From assembly GCA_040776965.1 (NCBI GenBank), contig JAXGZO010000001.1:483498-547497 (forward strand): a stretch of DNA of 64,000 bases, read 5' to 3'. Shown piece after piece: positions 1-8,885 of the stretch. The notes under the pieces were generated by a model, which ran no database searches, had not been told where the DNA came from, and saw only the letters and a program-made list of their open reading frames with translations. Source of the stretch: Thermoleophilia bacterium. GTDB taxonomy: Bacteria; Actinomycetota; Thermoleophilia; UBA2241. Position numbers and translations under genes: made by a program. How positions within the stretch are numbered: position 1 is the stretch's first letter; every line of letters begins with the position of its first letter.

Positions 1-159
1 GGCGTTGTCGCCTTGGGCCGTCTTTGCGCTGTTCGCGATCTCATCGAGATCAAGGGCGACTTGATTTATTGGGGAGCGGATGGGGTACAGCGCGAGGGTT
101 GCCGCGGCGAGCACGATGATGGCGCCGAGGGCTAGTAGGACGATTGTTCTCTTCTTCAT
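1..159 (-). CDS. N-terminal part of a membrane-anchored or secreted protein (gene runs off the left edge)
   Basis: ATG at 157-159 on the minus strand preceded by GGGAGG. Translation MKKRTIVLLALGAIIVLAAATLALYP... has a basic N-terminus plus a hydrophobic helix. Frame stays open to position 1. Confidence 0.45.
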   Translation of the reverse strand, partial: MKKRTIVLLALGAIIVLAAATLALYPIRSPINQVALDLDEIANSAKTAQGDNA

Positions 160-266
160 CTCAGCGCCTCCCGGGGGCGTGAGCCAGCGTAAGTGGGGGA
201 TGCTCCTTGATCGGAATGTTAGGGTAGTGTTTTTATCCAGTCAAGGTCTCGTTACGTTCATAGGGC

Positions 267-311
267 GTAGAAAAGAGAAGGGGCGCCGTAGGCGCCCCTT
301 CTCTTTTCTAC
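267..311 (-). terminator. Perfect 21-bp-arm hairpin downstream of hdrB
   Basis: gtagaaaagagaaggggcgcc-gta-ggcgccccttctcttttctac. U-rich arm on the minus strand. Lies 29 nt after the hdrB stop. Confidence 0.7.
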
Positions 312-339
312 CTTGGCTGGATGTCGCTCGGTGTTGCCC

Positions 340-1200
340 CTAGCTCATGACCCTCTTGACGTCGATGAAGTGCTTGCCGAGGCCGAGCGCGCTGTTGGGC
401 AGGCCGATGGCGTGGCCCACCAGCTGGCTCAAAAAGATACTGGGGAGCGCCTGCCAGGAGCTGGCCTTGCGGGCGATCTCGGTCTGCCGGCCGTCGAGGT
501 TGGTCTGGCAGAGCGGGCAGGCCATGACGAGCGCCTCCGCACCGCAGTTGCGGGCGTCGGTGACGATGCGCGTTACGAGGTCGTCCGCGATGCCTTGCTC
601 GGTGAGCGAGAGCGAGGCGCCGCAGCAGTCCGTTTTGTAGTTCCAGTCCACCGGCTCACAGCCGAGTGCCGCGACCACCTCGTCCATATGTACGGGGTAC
701 TCGGGGTTGTCCGCGTGGGTGACCTCCGGTGGCCTCGTGAGCAGACAGCCGTAGTAGCACGCCACCTTAAGCCCTTTGAGCGGGTGCGTGACGCGCGCCT
801 TGAGCGCCTCGAGCCCGACCACCGTGTGGTAGACGTCGATCAGGTTGTGCACGGCGACGCTCCCGCCGTAGCCGCGGCCGACCACGGCGATAACGTCGCT
901 GGCCATGGCCGGATCTTGCACTTCGTGCGCCCCGGCTTTAAAGCGGCTGTAGCAGGCCGCACAGGGGATCGCGACCGCGTCGAGGTGCATGTCGTGCTCT
1001 ATCTTGGCGAGCTCGCTCACCGGCAGGGCGATGGAGGCCAGGCGGTTGATGGAGTGCGCCGCGGTGTTGCCGCAGCAGATCCAGTCGGGGATCTCCTGGA
1101 GCTCGAGGCCGAGGGCCTTGGCGGTCGCCGTAAAGCTCGCGCCGAGCTCGGAGGAGGTACCGTGAATGGAGCAGCCCGGGTAGTAGGCGACGGTCGTCAT
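340..1200 (-). CDS. hdrB: Heterodisulfide reductase subunit B-like (CCG-domain protein)
   Basis: 286 aa. Two cysteine-rich CCG-type motifs (WICCGNTAAH, KTDCCGASL, ACPLCQTN). ATGA overlap with hdrC. Confidence 0.9.
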   Translation of the reverse strand: MTTVAYYPGCSIHGTSSELGASFTATAKALGLELQEIPDWICCGNTAAHSINRLASIALPVSELAKIEHDMHLDAVAIPCAACYSRFKAGAHEVQDPAMASDVIAVVGRGYGGSVAVHNLIDVYHTVVGLEALKARVTHPLKGLKVACYYGCLLTRPPEVTHADNPEYPVHMDEVVAALGCEPVDWNYKTDCCGASLSLTEQGIADDLVTRIVTDARNCGAEALVMACPLCQTNLDGRQTEIARKASSWQALPSIFLSQLVGHAIGLPNSALGLGKHFIDVKRVMS

Positions 1201-1769
1201 CGTTCGCCCTCCTTCTCCCGTGCCTCGGTGATGCTCTCGGCCGTCTTGATCATGCGCTTCATGGCGAGGGAGTCACCCTTTTTGAGGGTCGGGTTAACTT
1301 TACCCTTGAGGAGCATCTTGGGCCCGAGGGGGATCCACGACAGGAGGCTCGTGGGCCGTTTGAGGATGTCGCGGGTGAGCAGCTCCACCTCCCACATACG
1401 GCCCCAACGGGCGAAGGAGTCGTAGTTGTACTTGAGCATAGCGGCCGCCGGGGCGTCGGGGTGGATCTTGCCCTCGCGGCGGGCGATGATCTTGAGCTCG
1501 TCCATGACAGCCGCCACGTCGATGCCCTGCGGGCAGTGTGCCGTGCAGGTCTGGCAGCCGCTGCACAGCCAAATAAAGCGGTCGGCGAGGATCATGTCGA
1601 GCTGCCCGAGCTGCACGGCGCGCATGATCTGCGCGGGGTGCAGCTCGGCGTACGAGGCCACGGGGCAGCCGCTCGTACACTTCTTGCATTGGTAGCACTT
1701 GTAGGCGTTCTCGCCGCAGCCGGCGGTGACCCGGCCGGCGAGTGTGGCGCTCGGTGTGCAGGTGGCCAT
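1197..1769 (-). CDS. hdrC: Heterodisulfide reductase subunit C-like, 2x[4Fe-4S]
   Basis: 190 aa. Motifs CYQCKKCTSGCP and CSGCQTCTAHCP. AGGAGG 6 nt upstream of the ATG. Confidence 0.9.
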   Translation of the reverse strand: MATCTPSATLAGRVTAGCGENAYKCYQCKKCTSGCPVASYAELHPAQIMRAVQLGQLDMILADRFIWLCSGCQTCTAHCPQGIDVAAVMDELKIIARREGKIHPDAPAAAMLKYNYDSFARWGRMWEVELLTRDILKRPTSLLSWIPLGPKMLLKGKVNPTLKKGDSLAMKRMIKTAESITEAREKEGER

Positions 1770-1779
1770 ATCCGACCTC

Positions 1780-2724
1780 CTAGGCGACGGATGGCCGCGG
1801 CATTAAGCCGGCGGCCTCCACGATCTCCGGCACCGCTGGCTCCCACTCCACGGCCATCACGTGGACGCCGGCGACGCCTTCGATCTCTGCGATCTCTTTG
1901 ATCATCTCCACGGCCAGCTTTTTGCCCTCGGCTTGCTGGGGCTCGCCCTTCTCCTTGGCCGCGATGCGGTCTACGATCTCCTGCGGCACATCGATGCCCG
2001 GCACGAACTTCTGCATGTAGCGGGCCATGCCGGCGCCCTTAATGGGGGTGATGCCGGCGAGAATTTTGATCTCCTGGTGCAGGCCGAGCGAGCGCACCTC
2101 CTCCATCCACTTCTTAAACTTGGGAACGTTGAAGATGCACTGGGTTTGCATGAAGTCGGCGCCGGCCTCGATCTTCTTGCGGAGGCGCAGGGCGCGGAAC
2201 TCGAAGGGGTCGCCGAAGGGGTTCTCGGCGCAGCCGAGGTAGAGCTTCGGCGCCTCCGCCATCTCCTCGCCGCACTGGAACTTCTTCTCGTCGCGCATGT
2301 CTTTGTACATCTTGAGCAGGGTAATGGCGTCGAGGTCGTGCACGCCCTTGGCCTCCGGGTGGTTGCCGAAGCTCAAGTGGTCGCCGGTGAGGCAGAGGAC
2401 GTTGTGGATGCCGAGCGTGTGCGCGCCGAGGATGTCGGCCTGCATGGCCAGGCGGTTACGGTCGCGGCAGGTCATCTGCATGATCGCCTCGAGGCCGTTT
2501 TGCTGGGCGGTGTAGCCTGAGGCCATGGAGCACACGCGCACCACGGCGGTTTGGTTGTCGGTGATGTTGACGGCGTCGACGTAGCCCCGCAGGATCTCAG
2601 CCTTCTTGGCGATAACGCTGCCGTCGGCGCTCTTGGGTGGGCCGCACTCGCCGGTGACCGCGAACCTGCCGGCGCTGAGGATCTTCTCGAGGTTGCTGCC
2701 TGCCTTGTACTCGGGAGCGGTCAT
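1780..2724 (-). CDS. metF: Methylenetetrahydrofolate reductase, acetogen-type MetF
   Basis: 314 aa with MTHFR-fold sequence (NITDNQTAVVR, CLTGDH, MQTQCIFN). ATGA overlap with metV. Confidence 0.9.
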   Translation of the reverse strand: MTAPEYKAGSNLEKILSAGRFAVTGECGPPKSADGSVIAKKAEILRGYVDAVNITDNQTAVVRVCSMASGYTAQQNGLEAIMQMTCRDRNRLAMQADILGAHTLGIHNVLCLTGDHLSFGNHPEAKGVHDLDAITLLKMYKDMRDEKKFQCGEEMAEAPKLYLGCAENPFGDPFEFRALRLRKKIEAGADFMQTQCIFNVPKFKKWMEEVRSLGLHQEIKILAGITPIKGAGMARYMQKFVPGIDVPQEIVDRIAAKEKGEPQQAEGKKLAVEMIKEIAEIEGVAGVHVMAVEWEPAVPEIVEAAGLMPRPSVA

Positions 2725-3404
2725 ACCGGCTTCGCCTCCTCACGTGTCATCTTTCGGGGGCCGCCGGAGCTGCTCTTGCTCCAGTTCTTCGGCGGCCGGT
2801 TAACGAGCATGAGCTCCTCGCGGCCCTGGGCCTTAAGGCGGTCCCAGATGAGGTGCCAGGCGCAGTCGAGCTCCTCCTTCTCGGGCGTGGTGACCTCGCA
2901 CTTGCCGTCGTGGGAGCCGCCGCAGGGGCCGTTCATGAGGCTCTTGCTGCAGCGCACCACGGGGCAGATGCCGGCGGTCTCGCCGATCACGCAGTCGCCG
3001 CAGGCGCCGCAGCGCTCGAGCCAGAGCGCGTGCTCCTGCGGCATGCCGAGCATGTTGGTGTTGACGGCCGGCATAACGAGCTTGGGTGCGAAGCGCTCGG
3101 CCATGCTCTGAATACCGATACCGCAGGCCATGCTGAGGACGACGTCGGCCTCCTCGACCTTCTCCGCGATCATCTCAAGGTACTCCCACTCGCACTGCCT
3201 AATGGCGGCGGTATGCTCTATCTCGACCTCGCGCCCCTCCTTTTTAGCGAGGATCCGGAGCTCGCTCGCGAGGATCTCGGCCTCTTTCTCGCCGCCGGTA
3301 AGGCAGATCGCGACGCAGGTGTCGCAACCCGCGACGAGGACCTTCTTCTTGTCGCCGACGAGTGCGATGATCTCGTCGAGGGGTTTGCGTTCGGCGGTGA
3401 TCAT
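2721..3404 (-). CDS. metV: Methylene-THF reductase-associated zinc-finger/Fe-S subunit MetV
   Basis: Start set at the internal ATG 3402-3404 (MITAERKPLDEII...), which overlaps the mvhD stop as ATGA. The upstream 101 codons of the ORF track are Arg/Pro-rich read-through of mvhD. Cys-rich C-terminus: CGACGDCV, CPVVRCSKSLMNGPCGG. Confidence 0.85.
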   Translation of the reverse strand: MITAERKPLDEIIALVGDKKKVLVAGCDTCVAICLTGGEKEAEILASELRILAKKEGREVEIEHTAAIRQCEWEYLEMIAEKVEEADVVLSMACGIGIQSMAERFAPKLVMPAVNTNMLGMPQEHALWLERCGACGDCVIGETAGICPVVRCSKSLMNGPCGGSHDGKCEVTTPEKEELDCAWHLIWDRLKAQGREELMLVNRPPKNWSKSSSGGPRKMTREEAKPV

Positions 3405-3925
3405 TCTGAGCGTCCTTCCTCGGTGTGAGCGGGGGCGGATGAGGCGGGAGCCTCCGGGAGGGCGTCGCCGCCTAGGGCGTCGCGTGCGGCGGCGTGCGGA
3501 CTTACTCCGTCGCGTCTGAGCGGGCTGGGGCCGAGCCCCTTGATGCGCTCCGTGAACTCGGTTGCGAAGGCGGCGAACTTGGGGCCGTCGGCCGACGACA
3601 TGTTGTACATCTCGACGCGCTCCGGCTCCACGCCCACCTCCGCGAGTAGCTCTTTGACGTGGTCGACGCGCTTGCGCGCCCAGAGGTTGCCCTTGAGGTA
3701 GTGGCATTCGCCCTCAAGGCAGCCGGCGGCGTACACGCCGTCGGCGCCGGCCTCAATGGCCTTGAGGAGGTGGATAACCTCGAGCTTGCCGGTGCAGGGG
3801 AGCTTGATCATGCGGATGTTGGACGGGTATTGCAGGCGCATGCTCCCCGCGAGATCGGCCGCCGCGTATGCGCAGTAGTGGCAGGCGAAGACGATGATCT
3901 CCGGCTCGAAGGTGGAGTCGGCCAT
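3401..3925 (-). CDS. mvhD: MvhD-like (methyl-viologen-reducing hydrogenase delta subunit family) electron-transfer protein
   Basis: 174 aa. N-terminus IIVFACHYCAYAAADLAG...LPCTGKL...GCLEGECHY is typical of MvhD/FlpD. GGAGGTGA RBS. Confidence 0.85.
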   Translation of the reverse strand: MADSTFEPEIIVFACHYCAYAAADLAGSMRLQYPSNIRMIKLPCTGKLEVIHLLKAIEAGADGVYAAGCLEGECHYLKGNLWARKRVDHVKELLAEVGVEPERVEMYNMSSADGPKFAAFATEFTERIKGLGPSPLRRDGVSPHAAARDALGGDALPEAPASSAPAHTEEGRSE

Positions 3926-3926
3926 A

Positions 3927-6900
3927 TCAGTTCACCTCCATGAAGAGAGCCTCTTCTTTGGCGAAGATCTGAGCGTCGGTGTAGTGGTGCAGGGTGATGG
4001 CCTTAACGGGGCACTCGCTGGTGCACACGCCGCAGCCCTGGCAGGCGGCCGCCTCGATGGTCGCCTTCTTCGTCTCGGCGTCGATGATGGGCACGTCGTA
4101 GGGGCAGATGCGTACGCACGTGAGGCAGGCTGCGCATTTCTCCACGTCGACCTCGGCGACGACGCCGCCGGCCTTAATGACCGGCTTGGCCAGGATGGCG
4201 GCGGCGCGTCCCGCCGCCGCGAACGCCTGGCCGATCGTCTCGTCGATGCTCTTGGGGTAGTGCGCGGAGCCGCAGAGGAAGATGCCCTCGGAGGCGAAGT
4301 CGACCGGGCGGAGCTTAACGTGCGCCTCGAGGAAGAAGCCGTCGCTTTGGATGGGCACCTTGAGCATCGTGCCGAGCGTAGTGCTGCCCTCGGCGGCGAC
4401 TGCGGGGGTCGCGAGCACGAGGAGGTCGAGCGGGAGCTCGATGGAGCGGCGCAGATACGGGTCGCGGTAGGAGACGCGTACCGAGCCGTCGGTGCTGACC
4501 TGCGGGGGCGCGCCGGCGTCGTAGCGCGTGAAGATAACGCCGAGCTCCCGCGCCTTGGTGTAGTACTCCTCCATGAGCCCGAAGGTGCGGATCTCCTTGA
4601 ACCAGACGAAGACCTGCCGGGAGGGGTCGCGCTCCTTGAGGGCGATCGCGTTTTTAATGCTCTGTTGGCAGCAGGTGCGCGAGCAGTACGGGTGGCTCTC
4701 GTCGAGGGAACCGGCGCAGAGGATAAAGCCGGCCGCCTTGGCCTCGGCGAGCTTGGGGTCATCGCGCTTGAGCATGCCCTCGAGGTCCATGCCGGTGACC
4801 ACGTCGGGGTGGTCGCCGAGGCCGTGGATGGCGGTGCGCTCCTCGCGCGAGCCGGTGGCGACGATGATCACGCCGTGCTCGATGAGGGTGCGCTGACCGT
4901 CGTTCGCGGTGATGGCACTCGAGAAGTTGCCGATAAACCCGTGGAAGTCGGTGACCTCGGAGGCGAGGTGGATGTGCACGTGGGGGTTGTCGATGAGGCG
5001 TTGTTCGAGGGAGGCGACGTACGTAGAGGGGTCGCCTCCCTTGAGCGTCGCACCGAGCTTGAGGGCGTGTCCGCCGAGTCGCGCGGCGCGCTCCACGAGG
5101 TGGACCTCGTAGCCCATCTCGCCGAGGGCGTTGGCCGCCGTCATGCCGGCGACGCCCCCGCCGATAACGAGCGCGGCGTGAGTGAGCGGCACGTCGATCT
5201 TGGAGAGCGGCTCGAGCTCTCGCGCCCGCGCCACGCTCATCTGCACGAGCTCCTTGGCTTTCTGCGTGGCCCTCTCGGGCTCCGCGGCGTGGACCCAACT
5301 CGCCTGATCGCGGATGTTGGCCATCTCGAAGAGGAAGGGGTTGAGCCCGGCCTCGCGGATCGTGTCTTGGAAGATGGGCTCGTGGGTGCGTGGCGTGCAG
5401 CTCGCGACCACGACGCGGTTGAGCTGGTGCTCCTCGACCTTCTCGCGGATGAGCGAGAGGCTGTCGCTCGAGCACGCGTAGAGCGTGTCGGTCGCGAACG
5501 TTACGCCGGGGAGCCGGTCGGCGTACTCGGCCACGCTCTCCACGCCGACCACCCCGGCGATGTTGCTGCCGCAGTGGCAGACGAAGACGCCGACGCGCGG
5601 CTCCTCCGCCGTGGTGTCGCGCTCGGCGGGGTACACCTGCTCCTCGGTGAGCGTGCCGCGGGAGTCGGCGAGGTCGGTCATGACCCTGGCCGCCGCCGCC
5701 GACGCCTGGGCGACGGAGTCGGGGATGTCTTTGGGCTCGCCGAAGGGCCCGACGACGAAGACGCCCTTGCGGCTCGTCTCGAGCGGGTCGAACTCGGTGA
5801 GCGAGCAGAAGCCGTGGCGGTTGAGGGCTACGCCGAGGTGGCCGGCGGCCTCCTGCGCCTTGCGCGCCGGCTCCAGGCCCGCTGAGAGCACGACCATGTC
5901 GAAGCGGCTTTGGTGGATCGTGCCGCCCTCGTCCTCCCAGTGGATGAAGAGGTCGTTGGTGAGGGGGTCCTCCTTGATGAAGGAGGGCCGGGAGCGGATG
6001 AACTTAACGCCTTTGTCGAGCGCGCGCTGGTAGAAGCCGTCGAACCCCTTGCCCTGGGCCCGCATATCCATGAGGAAGACGGTGGGCTCGCAGTCGGGCT
6101 CGTGGTCGATGGTGAGCATGGCCTGCTTGTTGGCGAACATGCAGCACACGCTGGAGCAGTACTCGTGCTGTTGGTCGCGCGAGCCGACGCACTGAATAAA
6201 GGCGATCTTCTTGGGGTGCGCGCCGTCGCTCCGGCGCTTAACGGCGCCGGTGGTGGGGCCGCTCGCGCTCAGCGTGCGCTCGTATTCGAGCGAGGAGAGG
6301 ATGTTGGGGTAGCGGCCGTAGCCGTACTCGCTCTTGTCACCGGGGTCGTAGAGGTCGAAGCCGGTGGCGAGGACGACGGCGCCCACGTCGAACTCGAGCT
6401 CGCGGTCGCGGTCGTCGTGCACGATGGCGCCGGGGCCGCAGGCGCGGACGCACTCCATGCACTCCGAGCAGACGGCGCAGTTGAGGCAGCGCTTGGCCTC
6501 GGCTACGGCCTGCTCCTCGGTGAACCCGGTGTTGACCTCGTCCCACGTCGTGCGGCGAGCGGCGCCGGGGAGGTGCGGCATGGGCAGGCGCGCCGCCGCC
6601 GTCGTCTTGGCGAGCACGGCGTCGTCTGGCTTGGCCTCGTCCATGAGGTCGTCGTCGAGCGGCAGGAGCTCCTCGCCGCGCAGGAAGTTGTGGATGCTGC
6701 GCGCCGCGCGACGGCCCGCCGCGATGGCCTCGATGGCCGTCCACGGGCCGCGGGCCGCGGCGTCGCCGCCCGCGAAGACCCCGGCCTTCGCCGTGGCCAT
6801 GGTGGTGGCGTCGGCGACGATCTGGCCCTTGACCACGGAGAGGCCCTCGCAGCCCTCCAGGAAGTCCTCGACCATGCTCTGGCCGATGGCGAAGATCACG

Positions 6901-8363
6901 GTGTCGCAGTCGAGCTCGTGCTCAGTGCCCGCCACGGCCACCGGTGGGCGCCAGCCGCGCTCGTTGGGCTCGCCGAGCTCGCAGGCGACGAACTCCACGC
7001 CGCGCACGTGGCCGGTGTCGTCGGTGGTGATGGCGGAGGGCATACGCGAGCAGTTAAGGATGACCCGCTCGTCGAGGCCCTCGCGCAGCTCGTCGGCCGA
7101 GGCCGGCAGGCTCGCTTCGTCCTCGATGCAGTTAATGGCGACCTTCTCGGCGCCGAGGCGCAGCGCCGTGCGGCCGGCGTCGAAGGCCACATCTCCGCCG
7201 CCGATGACCACGACGTTCTTGCCGATCGCGACCTCCTCGCCCAGCGTGGCCGCCTTGAGCACGGCGACGGCGTCGAAGACGCCGGGGGCGTTCGCGCCGG
7301 GGATGGGGAGGGTGCGCCCGCCTTGGAGGCCGACGGCGAGGTAGACGGCGCTGTAGCCCTCTGCCAGCAGGCCGTCGACGGTGAAGCTGGTGCCGGCGCT
7401 CTGCCCGCAGTTGATCTCGACGCCGAGCGCGGTGATGCGGTTAATGTCTTGCTGCAGGGCGGCCTTGGGGAGCCGGTACTCGGGGATACCGAAGCGCAGC
7501 ATGCCGCCCGGCTCGGGCTTGCTCTCGAAGACGGTCGTTGCGTAGCCGAGGAGCGCGAGGTCGCGGGCCGCCGTGAGGCCGCTCGGGCCCGCGCCCACGA
7601 TCGCGACCTTCTCGGCGAACGTAACCTCTGCGCGCTCGGGCTGCGGGACGTTGTGGTGCGCGTAGTCTGTAATGAAGCGCTTGAGCCCGGAGATGGCGAT
7701 GGGGTCGTCGACCTCGCCGCGGGTGCAGTCGGTCTCGCACTTGTGCGTGCAGATGCGGCCGCAGACGGCGGGGAAGGGGTTGGGCTCGCTGGCGACGGCA
7801 TACGCCTCGGCGAAGCGGCCGTCGGCGATGAGGGCCACGTAGCCCTGTGCGCTGGTGTGCACGGCACAGGCCCGCTTACAGGGGCTGTGCCCTTTCTTGG
7901 TGATCGCGTAGGTAGTGGGGATCGCCTGCGGGTAGAGCTTGTAGATAGCGGCGCGCTCGCCGAGCTCTTCGTTGTAGGCGTCGGGGATGGTGACCGGGCA
8001 CTTGGGGGTGCACTCGCCGCAGCTGGTGCAAATATCCGGGTCGACGAAGCGCGCGTGATGGTGCACCTTCGCCGTGAATTTGCCCGGCTCGCCCTCGAGC
8101 CCGATGAGCTCCGAGTTGGTGACGATCTCGATGTTGAGGTGTCGCCCGGCCTCTACGAGCTTGGGCGAGAGCGTGCACATGGCACAGTCGTTTGTGGGAA
8201 ACGTTTTATCGAGCTGCGCCATGTGGCCGCCGAGGGCCGGCGCCTTCTCGACCAAGTAGACCTTATACCCCCCTTCCGCGAGATCGAGGGAACATTGGAT
8301 ACCAGCAACGCCTCCACCCAGTACGAGAGCCGCGCCGGTGGACTGAGAGGGTCTCTCCGACAT
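3927..8363 (-). CDS. hdrA: Giant HdrA-like flavoprotein: HdrA module split by a GltD/NfnB-like NAD(P)H module, followed by a second HdrA-like module (about 1478 aa)
   Basis: Start moved to ATG 8361-8363, with AAAGGAG 6 nt upstream. Dinucleotide folds: VLGGGVAGIQCS, then VAIVGAGPSGLTAARDL...GGMLRFGIPEYRLP (GltD-like), then ALVIGGGVAGMTAAN. HdrA signatures CSSVCC and CSRTCC. Several CxxCxxCxxxCP motifs. Confidence 0.85.
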   Translation of the reverse strand: MSERPSQSTGAALVLGGGVAGIQCSLDLAEGGYKVYLVEKAPALGGHMAQLDKTFPTNDCAMCTLSPKLVEAGRHLNIEIVTNSELIGLEGEPGKFTAKVHHHARFVDPDICTSCGECTPKCPVTIPDAYNEELGERAAIYKLYPQAIPTTYAITKKGHSPCKRACAVHTSAQGYVALIADGRFAEAYAVASEPNPFPAVCGRICTHKCETDCTRGEVDDPIAISGLKRFITDYAHHNVPQPERAEVTFAEKVAIVGAGPSGLTAARDLALLGYATTVFESKPEPGGMLRFGIPEYRLPKAALQQDINRITALGVEINCGQSAGTSFTVDGLLAEGYSAVYLAVGLQGGRTLPIPGANAPGVFDAVAVLKAATLGEEVAIGKNVVVIGGGDVAFDAGRTALRLGAEKVAINCIEDEASLPASADELREGLDERVILNCSRMPSAITTDDTGHVRGVEFVACELGEPNERGWRPPVAVAGTEHELDCDTVIFAIGQSMVEDFLEGCEGLSVVKGQIVADATTMATAKAGVFAGGDAAARGPWTAIEAIAAGRRAARSIHNFLRGEELLPLDDDLMDEAKPDDAVLAKTTAAARLPMPHLPGAARRTTWDEVNTGFTEEQAVAEAKRCLNCAVCSECMECVRACGPGAIVHDDRDRELEFDVGAVVLATGFDLYDPGDKSEYGYGRYPNILSSLEYERTLSASGPTTGAVKRRSDGAHPKKIAFIQCVGSRDQQHEYCSSVCCMFANKQAMLTIDHEPDCEPTVFLMDMRAQGKGFDGFYQRALDKGVKFIRSRPSFIKEDPLTNDLFIHWEDEGGTIHQSRFDMVVLSAGLEPARKAQEAAGHLGVALNRHGFCSLTEFDPLETSRKGVFVVGPFGEPKDIPDSVAQASAAAARVMTDLADSRGTLTEEQVYPAERDTTAEEPRVGVFVCHCGSNIAGVVGVESVAEYADRLPGVTFATDTLYACSSDSLSLIREKVEEHQLNRVVVASCTPRTHEPIFQDTIREAGLNPFLFEMANIRDQASWVHAAEPERATQKAKELVQMSVARARELEPLSKIDVPLTHAALVIGGGVAGMTAANALGEMGYEVHLVERAARLGGHALKLGATLKGGDPSTYVASLEQRLIDNPHVHIHLASEVTDFHGFIGNFSSAITANDGQRTLIEHGVIIVATGSREERTAIHGLGDHPDVVTGMDLEGMLKRDDPKLAEAKAAGFILCAGSLDESHPYCSRTCCQQSIKNAIALKERDPSRQVFVWFKEIRTFGLMEEYYTKARELGVIFTRYDAGAPPQVSTDGSVRVSYRDPYLRRSIELPLDLLVLATPAVAAEGSTTLGTMLKVPIQSDGFFLEAHVKLRPVDFASEGIFLCGSAHYPKSIDETIGQAFAAAGRAAAILAKPVIKAGGVVAEVDVEKCAACLTCVRICPYDVPIIDAETKKATIEAAACQGCGVCTSECPVKAITLHHYTDAQIFAKEEALFMEVN

Positions 8364-8585
8364 TCGCACTCCTTTAACGGAATCGCGGAAGGTCCAAGAC
8401 ACGGCGAGCTGGAGAGACCACCCCCAGCTCACCCTTGGTCACTGTGCATAGTATATACCGCCTCTCGGGGAGCTATCGTCGCTCTGTAGGTGCTCTTAAA
8501 AGGCGGTGGAGCGGAGCGTCACCGCCTTCGGTGGCGTATGCTGAAAGGGCAGACAACAGGAAGAGTTCTTACGAGGGGGCGCACA

Positions 8586-8858
8586 ATGGCTCAGCGGCAG
8601 ACGACGGTTGTGGGGCGAAGAGGACGCAGCGGGCGGAGCGGAGGGGCAATGGCGAGGCTGATCGCCCTCGGTGTCGCGGGCATCCTGCTCTTGATCTTGC
8701 TGTTTCAGAACCTCGCGGGGGTGCCCATTAGGTTCTTCTTCTGGGGTTTTACGATGCCGGGTGCGGTCGTCTTTCTTCTCACGCTCGTCGCCGGTGGCCT
8801 CGTGGGGTTCGCCGTGGCCACGGCTCTCGGGCGCGGAAACACGAGGCGGCGTCGGTAG
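8586..8858 (+). CDS. Small LapA-domain (DUF1049-like) membrane protein
   Basis: ATG 8586 preceded by GAGGGGG. Two hydrophobic helices (IALGVAGILLLILLF, VVFLLTLVAGGLVGFAVA) and a basic tail. Confidence 0.6.
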   Translation: MAQRQTTVVGRRGRSGRSGGAMARLIALGVAGILLLILLFQNLAGVPIRFFFWGFTMPGAVVFLLTLVAGGLVGFAVATALGRGNTRRRR

Positions 8859-8885
8859 GGCGGTGTACATGGCGCCTCCGTTGAG

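Noticed and set aside
2721-3707. Long N-terminal extensions suggested by the ORF track for metV (to 3707), HyfC-like (to 18255), HyfE-like (to 17095), the small membrane protein (to 13110), ybaB (to 29483), HyfB-like (to 19928) and others.
   Set aside because: The extensions are Arg/Pro-rich translations of the upstream gene in another frame. Internal starts coincide with ATGA/GTGA overlaps or good Shine-Dalgarno sequences and give family-typical lengths.
3927-8363. Possible selenocysteine (in-frame TGA) in the HdrA-like, MvhD or hydrogenase genes.
   Set aside because: All these reading frames are uninterrupted. Cys occupies the relevant motifs.
3894-8489. Very long plus-strand ORFs (3894-5885, 663 aa; 5910-8489, 859 aa) opposite the hdrA-like gene.
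   Set aside because: Their translations are low-complexity and Gly/Ala/Asp/Val/Arg-rich, typical of the antisense frame of high-G+C genes. The minus-strand product has clear HdrA/GltD motifs, a ribosome-binding site and operon coupling.
8434-8530. Candidate promoter elements (TATATA/TATACT) and a GGCGGTG/CACCGCC hairpin in the hdrA / lapA-like divergent region.
   Set aside because: The -35/-10 spacing could not be made convincing on either strand, so this was not reported as a feature.
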